A stretch of DNA of 32,000 nt from Phycisphaera mikurensis NBRC 102666 (GTDB lineage Bacteria; Planctomycetota; Phycisphaerae; Phycisphaerales; Phycisphaeraceae), in NCBI RefSeq assembly GCF_000284115.1, contig NC_017080.1, forward strand, positions 1,830,001-1,862,000, written 5' to 3'. This document shows positions 8,946 through 17,961 of the stretch, piece by piece. The stretch's first letter is position 1; each line of letters begins with the position of its first letter. The position numbers were made by a program, and so were the translations under genes. The notes under the pieces are model-generated. The model did not search any database, was not told the DNA's origin, and saw only the letters and a list, made by a program, of their open reading frames with translations.

Positions 8946-10799
8946 ATGACCTCCCCACGCCTCTACCTCGGGATTCTCGTCGGCCTGCTGGCGCTCTTCG
9001 GAGCGATCGCCGGCTGGGCCTATGCGGGCGCGAACGTGGCCGCCGCGACGGGGCTGGCCGTCGTGGGGAACGCGCTGGTCTCCGCCTGGCTGCTCTACGG
9101 GCTGTTCGCCTTCCGCGGCATCGCGTGGGTGGCTTGGCTCGGGCGCGGCGTCGCGGTCACGCTGGCGGTGCAGGCGTTGGCGGCGGCGTTGTGGGCGTTG
9201 GGCTTCGAGGGGGCGGTGCGGCTGGTCCTGGGCGTCTGGGCGATGGGCGCCGTCTTCTACGTCGGGCTCGTGCTGCTGCGGCTGGCCCTCGGCCGCGGCG
9301 GGGCGGTGCTCGCGGTGGGGCGGACCACGCTCGACGAAGCCATCCGGCAGAAGGCGGGCCTGGTGTTCGTCTGCCTGGCGCTCGTGCTCGTGCCGATGCT
9401 GCCTCTGATCCTCTCGGACACCCGGCTGTCGTACCGCGTCAGCAACTTCCTCCGCTACAGCAGCTTCGTGACGGGCACGCTGTTGTCGGTGATGACCCTC
9501 GTGCTCGCCTGCCGCACCGTGACCCGCGAGCTGGACGACCGCATCGCCTTCACGACGCTGACCAAGCCGCTGCCGCGGTGGAAGTACCTCGCGGGGAAGT
9601 GGGCCGGGCTGATGGGCCTCAACGCCCTGCTCGTCGCCGTCTCCGGCGTCGGCATCTACGCGTTCACGGCGGTGCTGACCGCCGACATCCCCAACCAGGC
9701 GATGGACCGGCTCGACGCCGACGCGGTCACGGGCCAGATCCTCGTCGCCCGCGTGAGCGCCGCCCCGCAGATGCAGAGCGAGGAGATGTTCAACGCGGCG
9801 CTCTCGGCGAGGCTGCAGGAGCTGCAGGAGCGCGACCCCGAGACCTTCGGCGAGCCCGGCACCGGCGGGGCCCAGCTGCCTCCGGAGGTCGCGGGGCAGG
9901 TCATCGCCGAGGTGCTCGGCAAGTGGCTCGCGGTGCCCTACCGCGGCTCGGGCACGTACCGCTTCGAGGGCCTGGCCGACGCGAAGGAGCGGGGCGGCTT
10001 CGCCCAGCTGCGGCTGAAACCCGAGTCGCGTGGAGCGGCCCCGCCCGACCGCAAGCTGCAGCTGAACTTCCGCATCAACGGCCGGCCCTACCGCAACCCG
10101 CAAACCGTCGGCGGCGTCGTGCCGCGGCTGGCGGACGACCGCTACCACGTGCTCGAGGTGCCCGTCGAGGAGATCGCCGACGACGGCAGCCTCACCGTGA
10201 CGATCGAGAACGGCGGGCCGGGCTCGAACCTCGGCGGCATGGACCAGCCCACCGTCGCCTTCAACCCCAGCGACGGGCTGCAGGTCTTCTACCGCGTGGG
10301 CGGGTTCGCGCAGAACCTCGCGGCGGCGATGACGCTGCTCTGGGTGCGGCTGGGGTTCCTCACCGCGTTGGGGCTGGCGGCGGCGACGTTCCTGGGGTTC
10401 CCGGTCGCGGTCCTCTTCTGCGGGCTTGTGTTCGCGGCGGCGACCGGCAGCGGTTACCTCTCCGAGTCGCTCGCGAGCTACGCCGCCTTCCCCACCGCCG
10501 GGCTCCCGCTCTGGCGGCAGGCGATCGGCTTCGTCGAGCTGCTCTACAGCAAGCTCGCCGCGGGCGAGGTCGTCGACGCGCTCAAGGCGATCATCCGGCT
10601 CGTCGGCGAGCTCTTCGCCTTCTTCGTCCCGTCGCTCGGCGGCTACAACCCGACCCCGCTGCTCGCGGACGGCCAGGCGATCACCGCGGAGCTGCTGGGA
10701 CGGGCCTTCTTCTGGGTCGGCCTCGTCTGGAGCGGCGCCGTCTTCCTCTTCGGCGTGCTGGTCTTCCAGCGGCGGGAGATCGCCCAGGTCACGGTGTGA
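8946..10799 (+). CDS. ABC-2-type permease-like integral membrane protein, probable partner of the 7449-8627 ATPase
   Basis: 617 aa polytopic protein (MTSPRLYLGILVGLLALFGAIAGWAYAGANVAAATG...), codirectional next gene, soluble insert between N- and C-terminal hydrophobic blocks. Confidence 0.7.
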   Translation: MTSPRLYLGILVGLLALFGAIAGWAYAGANVAAATGLAVVGNALVSAWLLYGLFAFRGIAWVAWLGRGVAVTLAVQALAAALWALGFEGAVRLVLGVWAMGAVFYVGLVLLRLALGRGGAVLAVGRTTLDEAIRQKAGLVFVCLALVLVPMLPLILSDTRLSYRVSNFLRYSSFVTGTLLSVMTLVLACRTVTRELDDRIAFTTLTKPLPRWKYLAGKWAGLMGLNALLVAVSGVGIYAFTAVLTADIPNQAMDRLDADAVTGQILVARVSAAPQMQSEEMFNAALSARLQELQERDPETFGEPGTGGAQLPPEVAGQVIAEVLGKWLAVPYRGSGTYRFEGLADAKERGGFAQLRLKPESRGAAPPDRKLQLNFRINGRPYRNPQTVGGVVPRLADDRYHVLEVPVEEIADDGSLTVTIENGGPGSNLGGMDQPTVAFNPSDGLQVFYRVGGFAQNLAAAMTLLWVRLGFLTALGLAAATFLGFPVAVLFCGLVFAAATGSGYLSESLASYAAFPTAGLPLWRQAIGFVELLYSKLAAGEVVDALKAIIRLVGELFAFFVPSLGGYNPTPLLADGQAITAELLGRAFFWVGLVWSGAVFLFGVLVFQRREIAQVTV

Positions 10800-10849
10800 T
10801 CCGCGTCCACCCGCGACCCCGCCGGAGCGCCCCCGCGTAAAGACTCCCC

Positions 10850-13021
10850 ATGCAGCGTGACCGCTTGATCCAACTCGTCGCCGTCGCCGTCGCGGTCGTC
10901 GCCCTTGTGGGCGCCGGCCTGATGGTGCCGCGTGTCTCGGCGCAGCGCCGCGACCTGCAGCTCACCTACGACGTGGCCACCGCCGAGGGCGGCAAGCCGA
11001 CCTACGCCGTGCTCGCGGCCGGGCTGGGCAGCTTCAAGGGCCTCGCGGTCAACGCGCTGTGGTACCGGGCGGAGATGGAGAAGCGGGCGGGCCGCTACGC
11101 CGAGGCGAACAACCTCGCGGAGTGGATCACCGAGCTGCAGCCGCGCTTCCCCCAGGTCTGGGCGTTCCACAGCTGGAACCTCGCGTACAACATCTCGGTC
11201 GGCACCTACACCCCGCAGGAGCGCTGGGACTGGGTGCACAAGGGCATCACGCTGCTGCGCGACGAGGGCATCGCGTTCAACCCCAACGCGGTGCAGCTGT
11301 ACCGCGAGCTGGCGTGGCTGTGGTTCCACAAGGTCGGCACGTACAGCGACGACCTCAACTGGTACTACAAGAACCAGGTGGCGCAGGAGTGGCAGGAGCT
11401 GCTCGGCGGCCCGAACGACTCGATGACGCCCGAAGGCGTCCAACGCTTCCTCGACGAGATCGCCGGCGTCGCCGACCGCTACCTCGCCTTCCAGCGACCC
11501 GAGAAGGCGATCCGCGATGCCCTCGCCGCCCTCGCCGGGGGCAGCGATCCGGTCGACCTCGTCGCGGATGCGCTCCAAGACCTGCAGGAGTCGCCCGTGA
11601 TCCGGCTGGACCGCCGCCTCTCCGCGATGCGGGAGGCGCTGCTCGCGGACGGGCGGACGGCGGCGGCGGAGCAAATCGATCCGGTGCTGGCGGCCGTGCG
11701 GGAGGCGGTGGCGCGGGCGGAGCGGGACCCGGTCTCGGTGTTCCGCGGCGACGTGCCCGCCGCGGGCGCCGCGATCGATGCCCTCCGGGAAGCGGGCTTC
11801 GGCCTCGACGCGGAGGCGTTGCGGGCGCTGGGGCGCGTGCGGCTGTACGCGCGCTACGGCGGCCCCGACGCGGCACAGTGGATGCTGAGCCTGCCCGAGG
11901 CGGTGATCGGCGACGACGGCCGCCGGATGATCGGCCTGCTGACCGAGAACGACACGCCCGCCTTCGCGGCGTCGCTGGAGGCGCTGATGCCCTTCCTCCG
12001 CGCCAAGGTCCTGCTCCAGGCGTACCACATGGACCCGGCGTTCATGGCCGAGGTCGCCCGGCGCTACGGGCCCGCGGACTGGCGCCACCCGATGGCCCAC
12101 GCGCTGTATTGGTCGGCGCTGGGCGTGGAGAAGGCGCGGGACCTCCGCAACAACGAGAGCGTCGACTACATCAACCTCAAGCGGGTCAGCATCCACGCGA
12201 TCCAAAGCCTCGTGGACTTCGGGAGCGTCGCCTACAACCCGCTGCTGCCCGACGGCGAGCGGGTCGACTTCATGCCGGCGCCCGAGTTTATCGACTCCTA
12301 CGGCGCCGCCCTCGAAGAGGCGATGGCCGACGCCGATTCCGGAGAGTTCCGCAGGAACGTGCGGATGGAGAGCTTCGCCAGCGGGCACGAGAACTTTCTG
12401 CACAAGGCGATCATGCTCAACTACCTCTACGGCAGCGAGGACGCCGCCGCGCGGTACTACGAGCAGCTCCGCATCGAGTACGGGGACGCGCCGCACAACC
12501 TCCGGGACCGCCGCTACGAGCAGCCGCTCTCGGACCTCGTGTGGCAGTTCCTCAAGGACGACCTCGATTCGCCGTCGCAGACGACGATCCGCTACCTGCT
12601 CGACGGCATGCTCACCGAGCGGGCGTACGGCAACGGCCTGGTCTACGGCCGCTTCCGGATCTTCAACCAGGTGGTCGTCCGCGTGAAGGAGTTCTACGAC
12701 AAGTACCAGGAGGAGCGGGCTTACGAGACCGGCCTCGACCAGAAAGGCCGGCTGGAGCTGCCGCCCTTCGAGCAGGTGCTCGAGGACACGTTCACCAACT
12801 TCATGCAGGACCCCACCCGCGACTTGGGCTCTCGCGTCGCCGCCTACCGCAACGCCCCGGTCGTGCTCAACCAGCGGGCCTGGCCCCGTTTCATCGAGAA
12901 CGTCCGCGACCAGGTGCCCGCCGGGAACGACGCGACCCAGCTGTTCCCGCAGCCGCCGGGAACCGAGGACCCCGCCGTGAGCGGCGACAAGGCCGGCAGC
13001 AAGACGATCGAGCGGAAGTAG
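10850..13021 (+). CDS. Hypothetical protein with N-terminal membrane anchor and TPR-like region
   Basis: 723 aa; MQRDRLIQLVAVAVAVVALVGAGLMVPRVSAQRRDLQLTY...YAEANNLAEWITELQPRFPQVWAFHSWNLAYN. Confidence 0.8.
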   Translation: MQRDRLIQLVAVAVAVVALVGAGLMVPRVSAQRRDLQLTYDVATAEGGKPTYAVLAAGLGSFKGLAVNALWYRAEMEKRAGRYAEANNLAEWITELQPRFPQVWAFHSWNLAYNISVGTYTPQERWDWVHKGITLLRDEGIAFNPNAVQLYRELAWLWFHKVGTYSDDLNWYYKNQVAQEWQELLGGPNDSMTPEGVQRFLDEIAGVADRYLAFQRPEKAIRDALAALAGGSDPVDLVADALQDLQESPVIRLDRRLSAMREALLADGRTAAAEQIDPVLAAVREAVARAERDPVSVFRGDVPAAGAAIDALREAGFGLDAEALRALGRVRLYARYGGPDAAQWMLSLPEAVIGDDGRRMIGLLTENDTPAFAASLEALMPFLRAKVLLQAYHMDPAFMAEVARRYGPADWRHPMAHALYWSALGVEKARDLRNNESVDYINLKRVSIHAIQSLVDFGSVAYNPLLPDGERVDFMPAPEFIDSYGAALEEAMADADSGEFRRNVRMESFASGHENFLHKAIMLNYLYGSEDAAARYYEQLRIEYGDAPHNLRDRRYEQPLSDLVWQFLKDDLDSPSQTTIRYLLDGMLTERAYGNGLVYGRFRIFNQVVVRVKEFYDKYQEERAYETGLDQKGRLELPPFEQVLEDTFTNFMQDPTRDLGSRVAAYRNAPVVLNQRAWPRFIENVRDQVPAGNDATQLFPQPPGTEDPAVSGDKAGSKTIERK

Positions 13022-13038
13022 CGGCTCGGGCGAAGGAT

Positions 13039-13084
13039 CCGCGGACCGTGCCGGTTCTCGGCCCGGAGCCCCGGCGGTCCGCGA
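13039..13084. repeat. 46-bp inverted-repeat element, copy 2
   Basis: CCGCGGACCG (13039-13048) - N26 tgccggttctcggcccggagccccgg - CGGTCCGCGa (13075-13084). Confidence 0.83.
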
Positions 13085-13131
13085 GCTCGCCCCCGCGGGG
13101 GCCGGATGGCGGGGCCTTTACGCTCCCGCCG

Positions 13132-14730
13132 ATGCCTGCCCCCTCCGACTCCGTCCGCTTCGTCGACTGCAGCCTCCGCGACGGGCACCAGTCGCTGCTG
13201 GCGACGCGGATGAGCGGGTCTCAGGTCGAGGCGGTCCTGCCGCACCTCGCCCGGGCCGGGTACGAGCGGCTGGAGCTCTGGGGCGGCGCGGTGCCCGACG
13301 CGTCGCTTCGCTTCACGCACGAGGACCCCTTCGAGCGGCTCGACCGCGCCCGCGCCGCGCTCGACCTGCACGCCCCGCGCGACCGGCCGGTGCAGGTCCG
13401 CTCGCTGTGCCGCGGCCAGAACCTCTTCGGCTACAGCCCCTACCCCGACAACGTCGTGACGGCCTTCCTCAAGGAAGCGGTCCGCAGCGGGTCGGCGCCC
13501 GCCAACGCGGCCGACGCGGAAGCACCCGCTCGCCGCAACAAGCCGCACGGGGCCGGTGCCCACCGGATCCGCGTCTTCGACGCGCTCAACGACGCCCGCA
13601 ACCTCGTCACCGCCACGATGGCGACCAAGGCCTTTAACGGCGAGGTGGAGGCCGCCCTCTGCTACACGACCTCGCCGGTGCACACCCCCGAGGCGTTCTC
13701 CGCGTTCGCGGTCGCGGCCGTCGACGCGGGCGCCGACGCCCTCGCCATCAAGGACATGGCCGGCTTGCTCCACCCCGCCGACGTCGCGCCGCTGGTCGCT
13801 GCGCTGCGGGTCGCGGCGCCGGGGCTCGAGCTCACGCTGCACGTGCACTGCACCACCGGCCTGGGCGTGGCGGCCTGCGTCGCCGGCCTGCTCTGCGGGG
13901 TCGACTGCATCGACACCGGGCACGGCCCGCTGGCCGGCGGCAGCGCTCAGCCGCCGGTGGAGCTGATGTGCTGGTTCGCCGACCGGCTCGGTGTCCGCCA
14001 CGGCCTCGACGCCGGCACGTTCCCCGCCATCGACGCCGCCATGCGGGCCGCCCGGACCGAGCTCGCCCACGCCGACGGTGCCGCCGCGATCCCCTCTCCC
14101 TGGCCGCTGGAGCCGGGCGACGACGACCGTCGAGCGCTGGCGGAGGCGCTGGCGCTGCTCCGCACCGGCGAGCGGCCCGACGGCGACGCGGCCGTATGGA
14201 TCATCGACGAGGAGCTGATGCGGCCCCGCGGCTACCCGGCGGCCGACACCACGCACCTCGACAGCCAGATCCCCGGGGGGATGATCTCCAACCTCGAGAG
14301 CCAGCTGCGGGACCAGGGCAAGATCGAGCTGCTGCCGGAGATCCTCGAGGAGGTCCCGCGGGTGCGGGCCGCCGCGGGGTACCCGCCGCTGGTCACGCCG
14401 ACCAGCCAGATCGTCGGCAGCCAGGCCGCCTTCAACGTGATGCTCCAGGAGCCGTACAAGCAGGTGTCGATGGCCTTCCGCGACCTGCTCACCGGCCGCT
14501 ACGGGCGGCTGCCCGGCCCGGTCGACCCGGCGGTGCTGAAGATCGCGGCCGGCGACACCAAGCCCTTCCGCGAGCGGCCGGCGGACCTGATCCCCGACGC
14601 CAGCTTCAATGCGCTGCTCCAACGCCACGGCGGGCGGATCCGCAGCCACCGCGACCTCCTCCTGCTGCTGCTCTTCCCGCAGCCTGCCGGCAAGTTCCTG
14701 GAGCGGCGGGCGGCCGCAAGCGCGACCTGA
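13132..14730 (+). CDS. Pyruvate carboxylase subunit B / oxaloacetate decarboxylase alpha-type carboxyltransferase, no biotinyl domain
   Basis: VRFVDCSLRDGHQSLLATRM, RVFDALNDARN, LHVHCTTGLG, HLDSQIPGGMISNLESQL, TPTSQIVGSQAAFNVML, GRYGRLPGPVDPAV. Start ATG 13132 in frame with stop 14728-14730; 532 aa. Confidence 0.9.
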   Translation: MPAPSDSVRFVDCSLRDGHQSLLATRMSGSQVEAVLPHLARAGYERLELWGGAVPDASLRFTHEDPFERLDRARAALDLHAPRDRPVQVRSLCRGQNLFGYSPYPDNVVTAFLKEAVRSGSAPANAADAEAPARRNKPHGAGAHRIRVFDALNDARNLVTATMATKAFNGEVEAALCYTTSPVHTPEAFSAFAVAAVDAGADALAIKDMAGLLHPADVAPLVAALRVAAPGLELTLHVHCTTGLGVAACVAGLLCGVDCIDTGHGPLAGGSAQPPVELMCWFADRLGVRHGLDAGTFPAIDAAMRAARTELAHADGAAAIPSPWPLEPGDDDRRALAEALALLRTGERPDGDAAVWIIDEELMRPRGYPAADTTHLDSQIPGGMISNLESQLRDQGKIELLPEILEEVPRVRAAAGYPPLVTPTSQIVGSQAAFNVMLQEPYKQVSMAFRDLLTGRYGRLPGPVDPAVLKIAAGDTKPFRERPADLIPDASFNALLQRHGGRIRSHRDLLLLLLFPQPAGKFLERRAAASAT

Positions 14731-14783
14731 TGGGCTTCCCGGCCGCCGACCCGGCGGGCTGCCCCCTCCGATGCTGCCGCCGC

Positions 14784-15046
14784 GCGTCGGCCGGAGGCCG
14801 AGCCACCTGCGGCCCCGCGGCCCCCGGCCATCCGCGGCCTTCTCCTCGTCGGTCCCCGGCTCCGCTCTGAGTGCGAGGGTTGGCGGCCCGCGCCGTGCGT
14901 CGGCCGAAGGCCGAGCCGGTGGCTCACCGCCTCCGGCGGTGTAGGTCGGGCGGAGCCCGAGCGGTTCTTGGAGGCGCGGACCCCATAGCGCCTGGGGCGG
15001 TGAGCCACCGGCGGCCCTGCGGGCCCGGGTTCCCCACGGTCCGCGG
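14784..15046. repeat. Diverged / partially deleted copies of the 193-bp repeat family (region A)
   Basis: 14784-14813 gcgtcggccggaggccgagccacctgcgg lacks the whole hairpin present in full units. 14828 onward tccgcggccttctcctcgtcggtccccggctccg...ggtggctcaccgcctccggcggtgtaggtcgggcggagcccgagcggttcttgg matches the region B unit, with a degenerate second arm. Confidence 0.85.
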
Positions 15047-15290
15047 CTTGATCCTCGTCGATTGTCGGCCTCGGATCGAGCGCGCGGCTTGGGGGCCACG
15101 CCGTCTGTCGGCCGAGGGCCGAGACGGCGGACCCGCCAGTGGCTGTCGGCCGATCGCCCCTGACCCAGTCGCCCCGATCGCCGCGGAGCCGATGCGGGCC
15201 GCGGCCCGCGGGCGGGAGCCGCGTCTGCGCGGGTAGCGTGCGTCTCCTCAGGAGCGTCGGTCCACCCGCGGATCGACGTCGGCGCCGCGG

Positions 15291-16535
15291 TTGCGGCGGG
15301 CCTTTGACGGCAGCGTCGCATCCGAAGCCCCCTGCACCCGCCGCCGGGTGCTCCCTTCTTCCGAGCCCCACGTGCCCTTCTACAAGCCGCTCAAGCACGC
15401 GCCCGCCGCCGAGCGGAAGCGCACGATCCGGGGCATCCAGCGGTTGCGGGCGCAGCTCGCCGAGGCCGGGTTCCCGGGGAAGAAGACGGCCGAGACGCTG
15501 ATCCTCGGCACCTGGAACCTCCGGAACTTCGACGACGACCGCTTCGGCCACGGCCCGCGGACCGACGAGTCCCTGCACTACCTCGCGGAGATCGTCGCCC
15601 GCTTCGACGCGCTCGCCGTGCAGGAGATCGGTGAGGACCTCGGGCCGCTCCAGCGCCTCCTCGCCCTCGCCGGCCCGCAGTACGACTACCTGCTCACCGA
15701 CGTCACCCACAGCGGGCTCGGCGGCAACCGCGAGCGGCTCGGCTTCGTCTACGACCGCCACAAGGTGAGGTTCACCGGCGTCAGCGGCGAGATCGTCCTG
15801 CCCGACCGCCTGCTCATCGGCCGCGACGGGGGGGCCGGGGGCGCCGGGGGCCGCCAGTTCGCCCGCACCCCCTTCGGGGCCGCGTTCCACAGCGGCTGGT
15901 TCAAATTCGTCTTCAGCACCGTCCACGTCTACTTCGGCGCCGCCGGCCGCAACAGCCCGCAGTACGAGCGGCGGGTGCAGGAGATCGAAGCCGTCGCCGG
16001 CTACCTCGCCGCCGAGGCGGGCTCCAGCGAAGCCAACCACGTCCTCGTCGGCGACTTCAACATCGTCGCACCCGGGAGCGACGGCTTCAACGCCCTGGAG
16101 CGTGCCGGCTTCACCGCCGTCCAGAACCGCCGCGGCAGCAACGCCGACCAGACGAAGTTCTACGACCAGATCAGCTTCCTCAGCAAGCGGAACGAGCTGC
16201 TCCTCCGCGACCCCGAGCGGGACGACCGCGTCTTCCAGTTTTTCGACAGCGTTTACCGCGACGGCGACTTCCGGATGCACCGCTCCACGATGAAGAAGCT
16301 TCTGCGGGCGAAGATCGAAGCCGCCGCCGCCGAAGCCAGGGACGGCCGCACCAAGCGGATCCGCACCCGCGCCGCGAGGCGGGTCGAAAGCCTCACCGCC
16401 CTGGCCGCCGACGACGCCGCGCTGGAGGCGTACTACCCCACGTGGCGGACCTTCCAGATGAGCGACCACCTCCCCCTGTGGGTCGAGATCAAGATCGATT
16501 TCTCTGACGCGTACCTGGAGAAGCTGCTCGGGTAG
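15291..16535 (+). CDS. Endonuclease/exonuclease/phosphatase (EEP) family protein; start uncertain (TTG 15291 or GTG 15372)
   Basis: LILGTWNLRNFDDDRF, LAVQEIGEDLGPLQRLL, HVLVGDFNIVAPGSDGFNALE, MSDHLPLWVEI: canonical N, QE, GDFN and SDH motifs. Confidence 0.88.
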   Translation: MRRAFDGSVASEAPCTRRRVLPSSEPHVPFYKPLKHAPAAERKRTIRGIQRLRAQLAEAGFPGKKTAETLILGTWNLRNFDDDRFGHGPRTDESLHYLAEIVARFDALAVQEIGEDLGPLQRLLALAGPQYDYLLTDVTHSGLGGNRERLGFVYDRHKVRFTGVSGEIVLPDRLLIGRDGGAGGAGGRQFARTPFGAAFHSGWFKFVFSTVHVYFGAAGRNSPQYERRVQEIEAVAGYLAAEAGSSEANHVLVGDFNIVAPGSDGFNALERAGFTAVQNRRGSNADQTKFYDQISFLSKRNELLLRDPERDDRVFQFFDSVYRDGDFRMHRSTMKKLLRAKIEAAAAEARDGRTKRIRTRAARRVESLTALAADDAALEAYYPTWRTFQMSDHLPLWVEIKIDFSDAYLEKLLG

Positions 16536-16542
16536 GGGGCCG

Positions 16543-17317
16543 CCGTCCGCGGCCTTCTCTTCGTCGGTCCCCGGCTCCGCGTCGAGTGCGAGGCTTGGCG
16601 GCCCGCGCCGTGCGTCGGCCGGAGGCCGAGCCGGTGGCTCACCGCCTCCGGCGGTGTAGGTCGGGCGCAGCCCGAGCGGTTTTTAAGGCGCGGACTCCAC
16701 ACCGCCGGAGGCGGTGAGCCACCTGCGGCCCCCGACCGTCCGCGGCCTTCTCCTCGTCGGTCCCCAGCTCAGCGTTGAGCGCGAGGCTTGGCGGCCCAGG
16801 CCGTGCGTCGGCCGAAGGCCGAGCCGGTGGCTCACCGCCTCCGGCGGTGTAGGTCTGGCGCAGCCCGAGCGGTTTTTGAGGCGCGGACTCCACACCGCCG
16901 GAGGCGGTGAGCCACCTGCGGCCCCCGACCGTCCGCGGCCTTCTCCTCGTCGGTCCCCAGCTCAGCGTTGAGCGCGAGGCTTGGCGGCCCAGGCCCTGCG
17001 TCGGCCGGAGGCCGAGCAGGTGGCTCACCGCCTCCGGCGGTGTAGGTCGGGCGGAGCCCGAGCGGTTTTTGAGGCGCGGACCCCACACCGCCGGAGGCGG
17101 TGAGCCACCTGCGGCCCTGCGGGCCCCAACCGTCCGCGGCCTTTCCCCTCGTCGGTCCCCGGCTCCGCGTCGAGTGCGAGGGTTGGCGGCCTACGCCGTG
17201 CGTCGGCCGGAGGCCGAGCCGGTGGCTCACCGCCTCCGGCGGTGTAGGTCGGGCGCAGCCCGAGCGGTTCTTGGAGGCGCGGATCCCACACCGCCGGAGG
17301 CGGTGAGCCACCTGCGG
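16543..17317. repeat. Tandem array of four ~193-bp units with nested palindromes (region B)
   Basis: Unit starts (ccgtccgcggcc) at 16543, 16736, 16929 and 17130, giving periods 193, 193, 201 and a last unit to about 17317. Each contains GGTGGCTCACCGCCTCCGGCGGTGT ... ACACCGCCGGAGGCGGTGAGCCACC: 16633-16657/16699-16723, 16826-16850/16892-16916, 17019-17043/17085-17109, 17221-17245/17288-17312. Confidence 0.95.
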
Positions 17318-17460
17318 GCTCGCGGAACGTCGCGGTGCCGGGTTGGGAGCACCCGGGTGCTCAGCGGTCAGAGAAACATCGTCGGGGCTGCCTCCTGCCA
17401 AGGTGCGGCCACCCCCGGGCGTCCCGCGCCTCACGCCGCGGGGGCGCTGCGTGGAGGCAC

Positions 17461-17961
17461 TCAGGCGCTCAGCGTTGCCTGGGCCAGCAGGATCGCGACG
17501 GTGTTCGCGACGTTGAGGCTGCGCACGTTGCCGCGGCCGTGCAGCGGGCCGGGCATCGGCACGTGCACGCGGCGGTCTGGCCAGCGGTCGTGCCAGGTGG
17601 CCGGGAGGCCGCTGTTCTCGTTGCCGAAGATCAGCACGTCGCCGCGCGTGTACGCGGCCTCGTCGAAGCGGTGGCTCACGCCATCGAGGTGCTTGCTCAC
17701 GAGCCAAGGCCGGCGGCCGCCGAGCCACGCCAGGAAGGCGTCGTCGTCGGCGTGCTGCGTGAGGTCCAGCAGCGGCCAGTAGTCCAGCCCGGCCCGCTGC
17801 ACCTTGTGCTCGTCGATGGCGAACTTCATCGGGTGGATGAGGTGCAACCGGGCCCCGAAGGCGACGCAGGTGCGGGCGATGTTGCCCGTGTTCTGCGGGA
17901 TCGCCGGGTGGTACTGCACCGCGTGGAAGCGGGCCGGCGGCTCATGCGTGGGCCCGCTCAT
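17461..17961 (-). CDS. trmL: tRNA (cytidine(34)-2'-O)-methyltransferase, SPOUT family
   Basis: AVQYHPAIPQNTGNIARTCVAFGARLHLIHPMKF, LIFGNENSGLP, VHVPMPGPLHGRGNVRSLNVANTVAILLAQ; 166 aa from ATG 17959-17961. Confidence 0.9.
   Translation of the reverse strand: MSGPTHEPPARFHAVQYHPAIPQNTGNIARTCVAFGARLHLIHPMKFAIDEHKVQRAGLDYWPLLDLTQHADDDAFLAWLGGRRPWLVSKHLDGVSHRFDEAAYTRGDVLIFGNENSGLPATWHDRWPDRRVHVPMPGPLHGRGNVRSLNVANTVAILLAQATLSA

Noticed and set aside
15266-15311. CCGCGGATCG near 15266 as another 46-bp element
   Set aside because: No complementary arm at the fixed distance; it lies just upstream of the EEP start.
15291-16535. EEP gene as the endonuclease of a retroelement
   Set aside because: No reverse transcriptase, target-site duplication or terminal structure is visible; EEP-fold proteins are commonly cellular.
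16433-17291. Families of small ORFs with repeated peptide PPEAVSHRLGLRPTH...GPTxRRPRT
   Set aside because: These are translations of the 193-bp repeat units. The unit length is not a multiple of 3, frames shift between units, and the conservation is palindromic rather than codon-like.
16543-17317. Tandem array considered as a CRISPR
   Set aside because: Units are about 193 bp and almost fully conserved, with no unique spacers of constant size; no cas genes in the window.
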